Under the pieces are notes generated by a model, which worked only from the letters and a program-made list of their open reading frames with translations, was not told where the DNA came from and searched no databases. Both the position numbers and the translations under genes were made by a program. Positions 34,892 to 46,640 of a DNA stretch of 64,000 nucleotides are shown here, in pieces. Numbering within the stretch: the first letter of the stretch is position 1; every line of letters begins with the position of its first letter. Source of the DNA: Zancudomyces culisetae HAW-14-8 (Eukaryota > Fungi > Kickxellomycota); the NCBI GenBank assembly GCA_052426225.1, contig JBNJNM010000011.1:2542001-2606000 (forward strand), in the 5' to 3' direction.

Positions 34892-37087
34892 TCTCAAAGT
34901 TTATATACAGGTGTTTTAAACTGTTGTCGTTTATTTTTGAGTTTATTTTTGAGTTTCGAATTCTATTTTCAAGTACAAATTTTTGTTATCTAGAATGCAC
35001 TACAACTTTCACATTGTCCCCTTAATTACTAAAGTAGATTACTTTAGTACTCTCATTTACCTTACTCTGCTAATTAATACGTAAAGTACCAGCAGACTAC
35101 CCTAACTATATGTGCGATTTAGATTTGGAGTTTTCTTGGTTTGATTTCTGGATATCTCTAAAATTATGCCGTTTTTAGAAAGCTTTTCCTGCCAAATCTG
35201 TTAAAATAGGTTCTTTTAGCTACTGTTCATATAAAGAGCAGAAAATCAGCGATACAAGATAAAGTAGTCGATAGCCGTTGTATTTTCAAGCTAGTAGTAT
35301 TATCTAAACGAGAAAGAAAGAGTGGACGAAAAGCGTTCTTTATATAGCAAACGATAAAATAAATTACAGTTTCAGATTCCAGTGGTGTTTTTTGCGTAAT
35401 TTGAAAAACAAAAAATCACAATCAGATTTTTCACCAACTGTATTTAACAGACTTGGTAGACATTCAAAACCGGATTGTGATTTTTATGAAAAGTGGAATT
35501 GGTAATGTCCTCTTTTCTCTCACCCCTTCTCTCCTCTTATAACTTGTTTTTTTATGGGTAGCTGCATATTACTTTTCTTTTTCTAGAATGATTATTATAT
35601 TTTTAGTCATGAGGTTCAAGCCTTTAATGGAGCTAAGGAGCTTGGTTTTATTACAAAACATTGCATTTAAACATATTTATAGCTATAAGCTGAAAATACT
35701 TTTCACAAAATCTAATGATCAAGTAAAGTTTTCGAAACAAAGATCCAAAATATCCACAAAAAAGAATATTTCAGTACAAACCCAAAACCAGAGCCGCAGA
35801 TAACAATCCTAAAAAATAAGGACATTGGTTTCTCGAATCCGGTTTTGAAGAAAGCCTCTATGTTTATAGGCTCGATAACATTTTGATTCATCATACATTA
35901 GATAACTCGCTAGCAGCATTGTCCACGTAATTTATCTAAACCTTGGTCAGGATCATGACCTCATTTTTTTGCCACAAAAGTGGGAGGCACGAATTAGAGA
36001 AGCTTGGAATACTGAAACACGAGATAACCAACAACCTGGCGAGACCATGGTACCTCACTTTTTCGTCGTCCCAATATCAAAAAAGTATACAGGTGATAAC
36101 CATTCTTCAGATCAGAGAACTATGTGCATGTTGATTTTGTTTATTAAATTTGCTAGATATTTCCACAATAGAATAATCTTGATACAACCAATATGAGTAC
36201 CTAGTGTGTTTATAATCCTCTAATTTTCCTTACCCTCGAAGTACAGGGCCATATAGCGATGGTGTGGGGAATAAAAAAATATATATACTGAACCATCTTT
36301 CGGTAAACTAATCTTTTGAATCCCAATACCCAAATACAAACTCACAGTGAATGAATTAAGGAATATACCAAAGTAATGCATGCTGATATGGGGGGGAGGG
36401 AAGGAGGGAGTGGATGAGTGTAATACTGTAACAGTATTCTTTCAAGTTTCCCAACTAGAGTTGGTTTGAATACATACATGTTTAGTATATTTTCTGATGT
36501 TAATCCTAAAAGGTTGTTTACAGTAGCAAAAAAACAGTTTAGCTGATTCGAGTACAGATTGGGACAAAATTCACATTAGCCTAATACTGTATGAATGTAA
36601 ACGGGATACTAAAGATTGAGTATAACCCAAATGTCTACCACTGATTCATTGAGAGTACCACGGTTGTTGGATATAACCTAGTGCAGAAAAAAAATAGGAT
36701 GGGTACCGTACTGTACTATTCTGTATTATACTGTACTATTGTTTACTTGTGCTGTTTGTGAAACATGTGCTAGTTTTTAAAAATAATGGTGAATATTGAC
36801 GATGAAAATACTCTCATCAGATATTTATTTCTGGTGTTGCTATATAAATTGTTTAACCAAAATTTTAAAAACTCCAGTTGTTTTTCATTAATTTCTGGAA
36901 AAAAATAACAGCCATTGTTGGGGCCTTTAACGATTTCGTTAAAAAAGTGTAGTAAATAAACAAAAAATAATTTTAAAATTCAAAATATCGAATTGCTAAA
37001 TACACTATATTCCGAAATCCTTGCCAGATCAATTATAGCGAGTACAGAAATACAAAAAGAAATAGAAAAACAACAGAGCAAGGAAAA

Positions 37088-37919
37088 ATGAATGCACCTG
37101 AACGATTCGAGTCATTTGTGTTGCCTGATGGTGTAAAAAAGTAAGTCTAAAGAATCCAAAGTCATTTTTCGAACCTAATCATCTATTGCTTTTTTTGGCC
37201 GAAAGGCAATCGGTAAAGATGCACTCTTTTGTAGAAGAAAGAATGTGAATTAGAGTTTACTTCTTTGAACAAGGGAGTTAATTCCAGATGAATAATAAAA
37301 AAATTAGAGTGGAGATGATACCAGATCCGAAAATACCGAATTGCGTGACGTTTGGCTTAAGAATGGAAGACCATACAACAGCAAATATATTAAAATAGTA
37401 AGACGAATACGTTCATCAACATTATTAAATAAAACAGATATTGATATTATTTCTGTAATAACAAGAGCAATGAAACGAAAACAAAATAGTAAAATAATCG
37501 AAAACAAAAACGTGGTGTTTGCGGGATATACCAGACCACATCCGCTAGAACATAGAGTATTGATTCGAGTACAGACAGAAGGAAACGTAAAACCGATAGA
37601 GGTATTTTTAGAGGCAATTCAGAGCCTCTTGGTGGAATATGACAATATCCGAAGTAAATTTGAAATGGAGGTTGCAAGAGTCAAAGCCATGACGACTGAA
37701 AACCCAGGACAGAACATGTTTGGTGAATTTGGAATGAACCAAGAGCGAATGGGCGGAGCAGCAGGGCAAAACATGTTTGGAGGGATCGACAGAGTTGGCG
37801 GTATTGCAGGGGCGGGGGCAGGAGCGGGGATTGGTGTTGGAATGGGTGCAGGAAGCAATTTATATGGCGAGTTAGATGGAGGGCAAACACACCACGACGA
37901 TGTGGATCTAGATTTTTGA
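37088..37919 (+). CDS. RPB11: RNA polymerase II subunit RPB11 with Gly-rich C-terminal extension; exons 37088-37140, 37308-37397, 37490-37919 (190 aa)
   Basis: Spliced product MNAPERFESFVLPDGVKKVEMIPDPKIPNCVTFGLRMEDHTTANILKYKIIENKNVVFAGYTRPHPLEHRVLIRVQT matches Rpb11 signatures (MNAP.RFE, EDHT, FAGY..PHP). Both introns are GTAAG..TAG. Confidence 0.93.
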
Positions 37920-38145
37920 GTGTTACATTGGAGATGTATATGTATACATAAAATTATGTTTTTATTGTAGTTATAAACTAAAAACAAGCCAAAGTAAAAC
38001 ATTAAATTTTTGGTAAATAAAATCTTGCGAGTAAAATAGAACATGGAGTGTTCAAAGGCAAGAACAAGTAAATACAAAGGGTCGCATTAAAAACCAGAAT
38101 TAAAGCGGGCAGCAGATAGTAGGTTGGGGCGGATTGTTGAATGTT

Positions 38146-39867
38146 CTAATTACCACCCTCGTTCTCGCCGTCGCCCTCATCCTCGCTTGAAAGATCAGAA
38201 TCATCCCCTGTAGGCTCAGCTATAAACGCACCGCTTGGCCACATTTTTACCGCCTCTAATGCAGGTCGGATTGGGTCTTTGCTTGGGTAAATTTCTCGTC
38301 TAGGAAAAGTGGTAACTAACAAGAAATGGAAGGTCGCTGGGCGTTCTTCGAGGTTGTTGCGAGAGCTTGATTGTAGCACTTCAGTTAGCTTGAGACTTAG
38401 CGGCGAATCTTTCAGTTTTTCATCATCAGATAAAAATGAAGACTCGATGAATGCATATATCCGCTCAATAGGGTCATCCCCACTGAATTTCCTTCTAATC
38501 CTAGTTCCGTTAGAAAGCCGGAATGTTAAGGTGCAAATGTTATCACCAGTAGGTTCGTCACCCGCAAAGTACTTGTTATATGTATGAAGTCTCCAAAGCC
38601 TTCTCCTGTCTCTAGCTTCTAGTCGCACAGACCTACGTGCTTCTTTCTTGCGTGTCCTTTCCTGCTCCTCAAGTTGCTTTCGTTGTAGTTCCTGTTCTCT
38701 TATTCTATCGCGTTCGAGCGATGCTACATAGGCGGCATCCTGTTGTTCTCTTAAAACCCGTGTTCTTTCACGCTCCTCCTGTTCCAGCCTGGCAGTTTGG
38801 AGAACCCTGTCATGAGCACTTATCGGCAGGCTCATCCAATCCACAAGATGATTCGTTCCTGCCTGGACTCCCGCCTCGGCGTCATCTGGGTTATAACTGG
38901 ATAGAGGAAGACCGTCCATTCTTGCGATAACGGACATCCTAAATCCGTTCGTTCCGGTATGAAAGCGCGGAGCCGCCAGTGCAAAAAACGGATATGCACC
39001 TGCAACGAGTGTTTCTGCCACCTGCATTCCTTCTTCCTCTAATATGCTTCCAGTCCACACTATAAATCGCGAATTATCTAAATATTGGTTTAGATCGCTG
39101 TTACGAAGAATTCTCATCAAAAGGGGTGTGTCATCGTGCAATTCTGACACCAGAATAATCAACAAATACTGAAACTTTCTTTTCGACTCCTGTAGAGCCT
39201 CGCTATAGCTTCCAGTAAATAACCGTGGACATTGATTTCTTGTTTGTGCCTTTATCCACCTCACTGTTGTACTTTCCACAATCGCGGATTCTGCTCCCTC
39301 TGTCTGTACATCAAATGAAATTCCTCTTACTCGTAAATACTCTGGTGGTGCTCCTGTCGCAGGAATCTTATTCAGGCCTGTAGCTCTCACTATTTTTTAT
39401 TATTCGTATTGTAAAGGTGTTAAGAGTCTCCACCATGTCTTACATTGGTATTGATGATATTTAACTATTTTATTTATCCTTACTTGCTGTATTTGCAAAG
39501 CCTTTACAAACAAATATTGTCAGGGAAACCGGCCAAAAAAGTAATGGCCATAATGAAAACCCTGGATCTGTCATGCTCATCTCTGCTACTAAATTCCTGT
39601 TGTCTGTATTAATAGTTTCATGCTGACCGGAACCGCTTTGACTGGGTACTCCCGTAGATGTAGCTACAAATTTATTTAGATAAATTTATGATTAAGAGTT
39701 TTTTCTCACCCCCATCTCCTTGCTTTGATATATATAAGCGTGTTTTGGAATGGTTCGTATCAAAACAAAGTGTGATAGAGCAGGTTGGTAAATCTGGAAG
39801 CAATATACTGAACGTGTAATTTACCTCTATGTGAAGTGCCTTGAATACTAGAGTCCTGTAGATTCAT
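38146..39867 (-). CDS. UAS-UBX domain protein (FAF2/UBXD8/Ubx2-like Cdc48 adaptor); exons 39867-39825, 39663-39484, 39389-38146 (about 488 aa)
   Basis: Hydrophobic hairpin FSLWPLLFWPVSLTIFVC, UAS domain (GSYSEALQESKRKFQYLLIIL...YPFFAL), coiled coil LREQQDAAYVASLERDR, UBX (FRLSNGTRIRRKF...TTFPRR). Splice phases are consistent; the first exon is less certain. Confidence 0.85.
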
Positions 39868-40504
39868 TTTTCCAAAACTGATTCTACATTAGAATGTAGG
39901 TTTGTACATTAGTGCTTTAATATTTCCTTAATAAATGTTGTGTGCAGTAAAACAGTCTTCTAAAATAACCTCCACGAGTATATTTTTTGCATCTTTTTTT
40001 TATTGTTTTAATTTGTAGTTGTTGCAGCAAGATTATTTGACCCAATGGCTGTGCTACCAATAAAATTGAGATAAATCTATGGTCTCCATTTTTCCCCCTG
40101 TTACTTAGCTTGTGCGTTTTTCTTAGTGCGTTAAATTCACTTTTGTTTTACCTATTTTGCACTCTGCACGTTTTGTTCAGCAGGCTAATAAAAATAAATC
40201 TATAAGTCAGAAAAACCAGAAAAATCAGAAAAATCATCCTGGAAAAAAAGCCAGAACAAGACAACAAAACCGTCCTGAATACTGCCTTAAATCCCGGCAA
40301 ATTCCCCTCTCATAAAATTGCATCTAGTTTTTTCTACCCTGCATGTCCTGAAAGATCAATTTTAATTTAACTGCGGAATCTAATACTCGAAAATCCAGTT
40401 CTAGTAATAAAAAAAGGCAGAATAATACCTGAAACACAAACCACTAAAAGGTATATATATATATAAATATTTGTAATAACATATACTTGAACAAAAAGTT
40501 TGAA

Positions 40505-42055
40505 ATGAACAAAACAGTAAAATGTCCGGTCTGTGATAAAACGATATCGGAATGGTACATAAATCAACATTTAGACTTTAACTGCAGTTTAAATCCAAAA
40601 TTCAAAAAGCCAAAAAGCGAAACCAAAACCTTCACGTTTGACAAACACTCCGAAGAGAGCAAAGATGTTGATAACAAGGCGAATTTTGATAATGAAAATC
40701 CCTCGAACGAACCTGTGATTAATATGAACGAGTGTAAATCAGAAATAAGAAGTGAGCTAAAAGCCGAAGGCGAACCTGAATTGGTAAAGAAAATAGAGTG
40801 CCAACAGCCTGAACACAAACAGGAAGGAAAGCCATACAATTTTTTACTTTCACCTGTGAAGAGAAAGACGACCGATGAAACCGAATATATACCATTGAGT
40901 GAATTATTACGACCAAAAGATCTCGATAGTTTTATTGGGCAGGAAGGCATAGTTGGTAAGGATGGTGGGATACTTAGAATTCTGATAGAAAATGACAGAA
41001 TTCCTTCAATGATATTGTGGGGTCCCCCAGGATCCGGAAAAACCACGCTAGCAAGAATTATAGCGAATAAAACGAATGCGAAGTTTAAGGAAATGAGTGC
41101 AACTATGGATAAAGTAACCGATGTCCGGCGATTTATTGATGAAAATAGGCGGGTAATTGGATCGAAAAGACTCATATTGTTTGTAGACGAAATACATAGA
41201 TTCAACAAGTCACAGCAGGATGCGTTTTTGCCATACATAGAAAAGGGTACAATAATACTGATAGGTGCAACTACTGAAAATCCATCGTTTCGATTGAATC
41301 CAGCTCTTCTATCGAGATGCAGAGCATTTATTTTAAACAAATTACAAGACGAAGAAATGGAGACGATTATACAGAGGGCATATACCCACAAATCTCACAA
41401 ACATGATTTGAGCAAAGAAATAGTTGATTATATCATCAAGGTGGCTAATGGAGACGCACGAGTTGCGATCAGTATTGTGGAAATTGCACTGGATATGAGC
41501 AGTGAGATTACTATCCAGGGCGTCAAGCTGGCACTCCAAAGGACTCATGAAGAACACAGTAAGGATACTCATTTTGACTTGATATCTGCATTCCACAAAA
41601 GTATTCGAGGTGGTGATGAGAATGCGAGCTTGTATTGGCTTCTAAGAATGATACAAGGAGGGGAAGATCCTTTGTATATAGCTAGGAGATTGGTGAGATT
41701 CGCTTCGGAGGATATTGGGCTTGCTGACAATACGGCTCTGCAGCTAGCTGTAAACACTTTTTATTCATGTAAAGTGATCGGGTATCCCGAATGCGGAGTA
41801 ATTTTGGCACACTGCACTACTTACTTTGCCCGATGTGCAAAAAGTGTTGAGGTTTATCGAGCGTATAAGAATGCCAGTATGTTTGTAAAGAACAATATTA
41901 GCTATCCTGTACCTCTACATATTAGAAACGCACCCACCAAATTTATGGAAGAATTGGGATTTTCAAAGGGTTATAAATACAATCCTGATTATGATGAACC
42001 AGTTGATCAAACGTATTTGCCACCAGAGTTAAACAATCCTAATTTTTTTGAGTAG
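40505..42055 (+). CDS. MGS1: WRNIP1/Mgs1 (RarA/MgsA family) AAA+ ATPase with N-terminal UBZ4 zinc finger
   Basis: CPVC...INQHLDFNC; LRP..LD.FIGQE; Walker A GPPGSGKT; Walker B DEIHRFNKSQQD; GATTENPSF; SAFHKSIRG, ASEDIG and VPLHIRNAPT C-terminal motifs. ATG at 40505. Confidence 0.95.
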   Translation: MNKTVKCPVCDKTISEWYINQHLDFNCSLNPKFKKPKSETKTFTFDKHSEESKDVDNKANFDNENPSNEPVINMNECKSEIRSELKAEGEPELVKKIECQQPEHKQEGKPYNFLLSPVKRKTTDETEYIPLSELLRPKDLDSFIGQEGIVGKDGGILRILIENDRIPSMILWGPPGSGKTTLARIIANKTNAKFKEMSATMDKVTDVRRFIDENRRVIGSKRLILFVDEIHRFNKSQQDAFLPYIEKGTIILIGATTENPSFRLNPALLSRCRAFILNKLQDEEMETIIQRAYTHKSHKHDLSKEIVDYIIKVANGDARVAISIVEIALDMSSEITIQGVKLALQRTHEEHSKDTHFDLISAFHKSIRGGDENASLYWLLRMIQGGEDPLYIARRLVRFASEDIGLADNTALQLAVNTFYSCKVIGYPECGVILAHCTTYFARCAKSVEVYRAYKNASMFVKNNISYPVPLHIRNAPTKFMEELGFSKGYKYNPDYDEPVDQTYLPPELNNPNFFE

Positions 42056-43303
42056 TGTAATTTTTTGTTGTTAAGTTTCAGTTTTCAGTTTTCATTTTTT
42101 TTAAAGATGTTGATTTTTTTCCAGTTGGAAATATTTGGAAATATTATTGCTTTGACTGATTTTTATACTAATATGACATGTGTATGACTTTGAAAATATA
42201 GTATGAGAATGGATAAAGATAATCGTGCAGCGAAATGCGAAATAGACGAAATACTTTTTGCTCAAGTATTGATTATGGGATGGACATGACATTGTTGTTT
42301 GTAATTTTGACAACCCAAAATAATTCAAATAGCAAAAAAAATAAATAATAATTATGTTGGTTTCAAGTTCAAGCAATAAGGTGGAGTGATTCTTGACAAC
42401 TGGCGAATAGAATATAAAAGAACGCTAAATTAACAGTTAGCTAGAGGAGGAAAGGGTATTTTCTCCAATAGTGTTGTTACAATTGTAAAAGCTACCAATA
42501 CCATGTAATTGAACTGCCCAATAGTGTTTAATAATTCACGGTTCTGAAAAGATTTGCAATTGGGGGAACATTCTGATTTGTGGTTGAATTTTCAAACGTG
42601 ATTATTTTATTCGAGTGCTTCTTTTTTCTATAAGCATTTAAAAGAAAAAACTTTTTCTTATGGAAATGTGTAATTATCCATTTTTAAAATTGTGACAAAT
42701 AAAAAAATAGTACAACTGGTCTGAAATGTAATCATAAACAAACGATAAATATTCAGTATTTTGTATTGTCATTGCTAAAAGCTAAACTTTACTTCAAGAC
42801 TGAACTGTGGTCATTTTTATATTTGCTTTAGATATTAAATATACTCAAAAAACCATCGAGTAATAAAAAAATAATTATTAAACCCACTTTAACTCTTTTA
42901 ATTTTTGCATTTTTAGAATATAAAAATAAGATTTAATTAGATGACCAACTTTTGACTTTTATAAAAAATAGAAAGTTCGAGGAAAAAAACTAGACAATAA
43001 TCCGGTGTGAAAGTGGGTAAATATAGAACTGGGTCCAAAAATTCGAATATCTAAGGTTTTTGGGCGTGAAATAAACAACGTAGAAGTGGCGGCATTTAGA
43101 TTGAAAATACTCACAAACAGGAGAAAGGATTCGATTGTATACAAGAGTTTGCAAAGAAAAAAAATCTATGAAATTCGAGTGAATAGACATATAAACATAC
43201 TTTGCATTATAGCAAAATCTCTGGGTATGTAATCTTGGACAAATATTCCAAGATAAAATTTTTTTCTACAAAATAAAAGCGAAAAGATAAAGATAAAGAA
43301 AAA

Positions 43304-45841
43304 ATGATCACAACACAGACCAATCAATCAACATCGCTTTCTGTGGGGCAGACGAGAGGATTGTTAAGCAAACCTTTTAAAACACCAATGCTAAAACCAT
43401 ATTCAGGGAACAGGGATGGGAATGAGTATAAATCTCGCGCCTGTAAAAGCCTTGGAAGAGTAAACAACATAAATTCCAGGCCAAGACCGCCAGTATGCTT
43501 AGGAGTTAAACGACCTAGAGTAGACGAGGAGGTAGGGGGCAAGGAGAACAGTGGGAAAGATAATTCAGAAGGCGGAGAGGAGGGAGGTGTATCTCTAGGA
43601 GTTCCCAAGAAACTGTTCAAAGCCTTTAGATCGCCACTAAAGGTGCTTTCTGGGAGCAATGGGGACGGAAAGTACGGTGAAGATTTGGAACTAAATGGTA
43701 GTGGTGGTGATGGTATAGGAGGGATAGCCAGGAAATCTATAGTTAATTTAGGAATGAGGAGAAAAATGCTCAATTCAGGACCACGACACGATCCAAATGC
43801 GGAGGATGCCGTGGTGGTGTATCATCCTACGGAGAACGAGGAAAAGGAAGTGGTGGAAAAGGTTAAAGTAAAGTCACTAGCAAGCATTTTGGATAAATCA
43901 AGCAACAACACAGGGGGGAAAGATAAGGAGGTGGCGGTTGTAGTGGATCCAATTCTTGGAAGAAAGCTAAGACCACATCAAGTTGAAGGGGTGAAATTTT
44001 TGTACGACTGTGTGACTGGTAGAAAGGTGGATGGAGCATTTGGGTGTATTATGGCAGATGAAATGGGGCTAGGAAAGACACTTCAGTGTATTACACTTCT
44101 ATGGACATTACTGAAACAGTCACCACAAGCTGGAAAGCCAACAATAGATAAATGTATAGTGGTATGCCCTAGTAGTTTGGTGAAGAACTGGGAGAGTGAG
44201 CTGATCAAGTGGTTAGGATCTATTCGGATATCCCCATTGGCATGTGATAACAAAGGCAGCAAGGAAAAGGTAGAGAAGTCACTAAAAGGCTTTGTTAATG
44301 GAAAAGGTAGACTGAATCTCAACCCAGTATTGATAATATCATATGAAACATTGCGGATGTATACACCAATTCTAAAGGCGGGGAGTTATGGGCTTTTGTT
44401 GTGTGATGAGGGACATCGGCTTAAAAATGGACAGTCACAGACATTCCAGGCGCTTACATCTCTTCCAGTACGACGTCGGGTGATTTTGACGGGTACACCG
44501 ATTCAAAATGACTTGACAGAGTATTTCAGTTTGCTTAATTTTGCGAATCCGGGACTATTAGGTGAGCCGGCAGAGTTTCGGCGCACATTTGAGATTCCCA
44601 TTCTTCGAGGGCGAGATTCAGAGGCGACAGATAAGGAGAAAGAGGTGAGTGACCAGAAGCTTGCAGAACTTGCGACAATAGCAAACAAAGTGATTATCCG
44701 ACGTACAAACGACCTTCTTTCTAAATATCTTCCAGTGAAATATGAACATGTTGTTTTTTGTCCACTAACAGAAATGCAGTCGTCAGTATACAAAAACTAC
44801 CTAAAAGGAAAAGCTATTCGCAAGATTATGAACAGCGGAGAAGGCCGAGGAGGAGGAGGTGGTGGTGGTGGTGGTGGTGGTGGAGATACATCACTACAGG
44901 CAATTACAATCCTCAAAAAACTATGCAACCATCCATCGTTGTTGAACTTGCCAAATGATGTAGAAGGAGCGGCGGAAGTGATTCCGGACGAATACTACAC
45001 ATCGAATATTGCAGACGAAAAAGAAGGTGGCAGACGACGAGGTGGAGGGTCAGCTTATTATGGCGACAAGAAACAGCAACCGTTTCATCCAAAGTGGAGC
45101 AGCAAGATGGAACTACTGGATCGGATGTTGAACAAAATGCGCAAGAGTGCCGAAAAGGAAAAAATAGTGTTGATTTCAAACTACACACAAACACTTGATT
45201 TGTTTGAATCACTGTGTCGCGCACGTGGATATACATTCTTGCGATTAGATGGAAGTCTGTCTATTTCCAAGCGCATGCAGCTGGTTGACCAATTTAACAA
45301 TCCCAATGGCTCATATATGGTCTTTCTACTTAGTAGTAAAGCTGGTGGTTGTGGTTTAAATCTTATCGGCGCAAACAGACTGATTCTCTTTGACCCCGAC
45401 TGGAATCCTGCGTCTGATCAGCAGGCTCTTGCTCGTGTGTGGCGCGACGGCCAGAAAAAGACCTGCTTTATATATCGATTCGTATCTACTGGAACTATTG
45501 AAGAAAAAATCTTCCAGCGCCAGTCTCACAAACAATCTCTTTCTTCCTGCGTTGTTGATGAGCGTGATTCTGTTGAGAGGCACTTCTCCAAGGAACAAAT
45601 GCGCGAGCTTTTCAAGTCCAAAATTGATGGTTCAACGATGTGTGAAACACACGACACCTTTAAGTGCAAGCGCTGTTGCAAAGGTCGCCAGTTTATTCGT
45701 GCTTCTGAGCCTATGGATTACGGCGACTCAAGCTCTTGGGATCACTTTTCTCAGCTTGACATTTCGAAAGCGTATGATTCTCTTTTGAAGTCATGTGCCT
45801 CAGATCTTGTTTCGTTTATTTTTCAGTATAAATCCCATTAA
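43304..45841 (+). CDS. RAD54: DNA repair and recombination translocase RAD54 (SNF2 family)
   Basis: Rad54 N-terminal GPRHDP...VVVDPIL; LRPHQVEGVKF; ADEMGLGKTLQ; CDEGHRLKN; TGTPIQNDL; LKKLCNHP; SSKAGGCGLNLIGANRL; WNPASDQQALARVWRDGQKK; C-terminal CETHDTFKCKRC. Confidence 0.95.
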   Translation: MITTQTNQSTSLSVGQTRGLLSKPFKTPMLKPYSGNRDGNEYKSRACKSLGRVNNINSRPRPPVCLGVKRPRVDEEVGGKENSGKDNSEGGEEGGVSLGVPKKLFKAFRSPLKVLSGSNGDGKYGEDLELNGSGGDGIGGIARKSIVNLGMRRKMLNSGPRHDPNAEDAVVVYHPTENEEKEVVEKVKVKSLASILDKSSNNTGGKDKEVAVVVDPILGRKLRPHQVEGVKFLYDCVTGRKVDGAFGCIMADEMGLGKTLQCITLLWTLLKQSPQAGKPTIDKCIVVCPSSLVKNWESELIKWLGSIRISPLACDNKGSKEKVEKSLKGFVNGKGRLNLNPVLIISYETLRMYTPILKAGSYGLLLCDEGHRLKNGQSQTFQALTSLPVRRRVILTGTPIQNDLTEYFSLLNFANPGLLGEPAEFRRTFEIPILRGRDSEATDKEKEVSDQKLAELATIANKVIIRRTNDLLSKYLPVKYEHVVFCPLTEMQSSVYKNYLKGKAIRKIMNSGEGRGGGGGGGGGGGGDTSLQAITILKKLCNHPSLLNLPNDVEGAAEVIPDEYYTSNIADEKEGGRRRGGGSAYYGDKKQQPFHPKWSSKMELLDRMLNKMRKSAEKEKIVLISNYTQTLDLFESLCRARGYTFLRLDGSLSISKRMQLVDQFNNPNGSYMVFLLSSKAGGCGLNLIGANRLILFDPDWNPASDQQALARVWRDGQKKTCFIYRFVSTGTIEEKIFQRQSHKQSLSSCVVDERDSVERHFSKEQMRELFKSKIDGSTMCETHDTFKCKRCCKGRQFIRASEPMDYGDSSSWDHFSQLDISKAYDSLLKSCASDLVSFIFQYKSH

Positions 45842-46505
45842 CTTGTCTTGTATTTCTCTTGTTCTTCATTCTGTATTATTTGTTTTAATATTTTTTTCTC
45901 CGTTCCCATTAAATGGTCTCACAAAATTAAAGTCAGTGTAATGTTTATACCACCCTATGCTGATCATTTGCTGTGATTTAGTAGTTTTTATTTTATTTTA
46001 CAGTTTCTCACGAGGCTTGTTTTGGTATTCTTGTTTTGATTCGCATGATTCAAGTTTAAATCAGTGGTTAGATTTTATCACTCCCAAGCATATTGTATAC
46101 CATCTTGTGATTGCTGTGTGCACGAGAGTTGGTTTCAACTTTATTTTGCTTTGATTTTCATGTGAGTTGCTTGATGGGTACATTGCAACCGTATATTACT
46201 TTTACGAAAACACCTCCGTAGTGCCGCTCTCATCTGTGACTATCCAATTACCCTTTGATATATAGGATGTAACATGATTATAAGAGTGTAAAACCATTAT
46301 AAGCAAAAAAAAAAAGGGGGGGAGGCAATGTTAATTGATATATAACCCGCTAGTAAACAAGGGTGTGAAAGGTGTTGGAACCGGGATCGAGACTGGGACT
46401 GGGGGTTGTGCGTTAGAGAATATCCATACCCTAAATTATTTTCAGGGGTGCGCAGTAACATTAGCATATAAGTCTCTTAGTCACTAAAAAAGGGCGTTTC
46501 TTCTC

Positions 46506-46600
46506 AACCTTAACCTTAACTTTAACCTTAACTTTAACCTTAACTTTAACCTTAACTTTAACCTTAGCCTCAACTTCAACCCCAATCTCAAGCTCAATCT
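46506..46600. repeat. (AACCTT/AACTTT)n hexamer microsatellite decaying to the right
   Basis: About 10 alternating aacctt/aacttt units, then degenerate units. Confidence 0.85.
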
Positions 46601-46640
46601 CAATTAATACCTTGAGTTATGAATAGCTGCTTTTCAAAAA

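Noticed and set aside
7674-35049. Short near-perfect inverted repeats with 2-3 nt loops (7674-7694, 9940-9959, 33646-33670, 35027-35049)
   Set aside because: Arms are only 9-11 bp and AT-rich, so a handful are expected by chance in 64 kb. There is no shared long sequence or target-site duplication indicating a MITE.
37341-37489. N-terminal part of the 192 aa ORF at 37341
   Set aside because: It is exon 2 read out of frame plus intron 2; the spliced model restores the conserved Rpb11 N-terminus.
46506-46570. (TAACCT/TAACTT)n as an interstitial telomere
   Set aside because: It is not CCCTAA, it is short and decaying, and it is indistinguishable from the many other hexamer microsatellites here.
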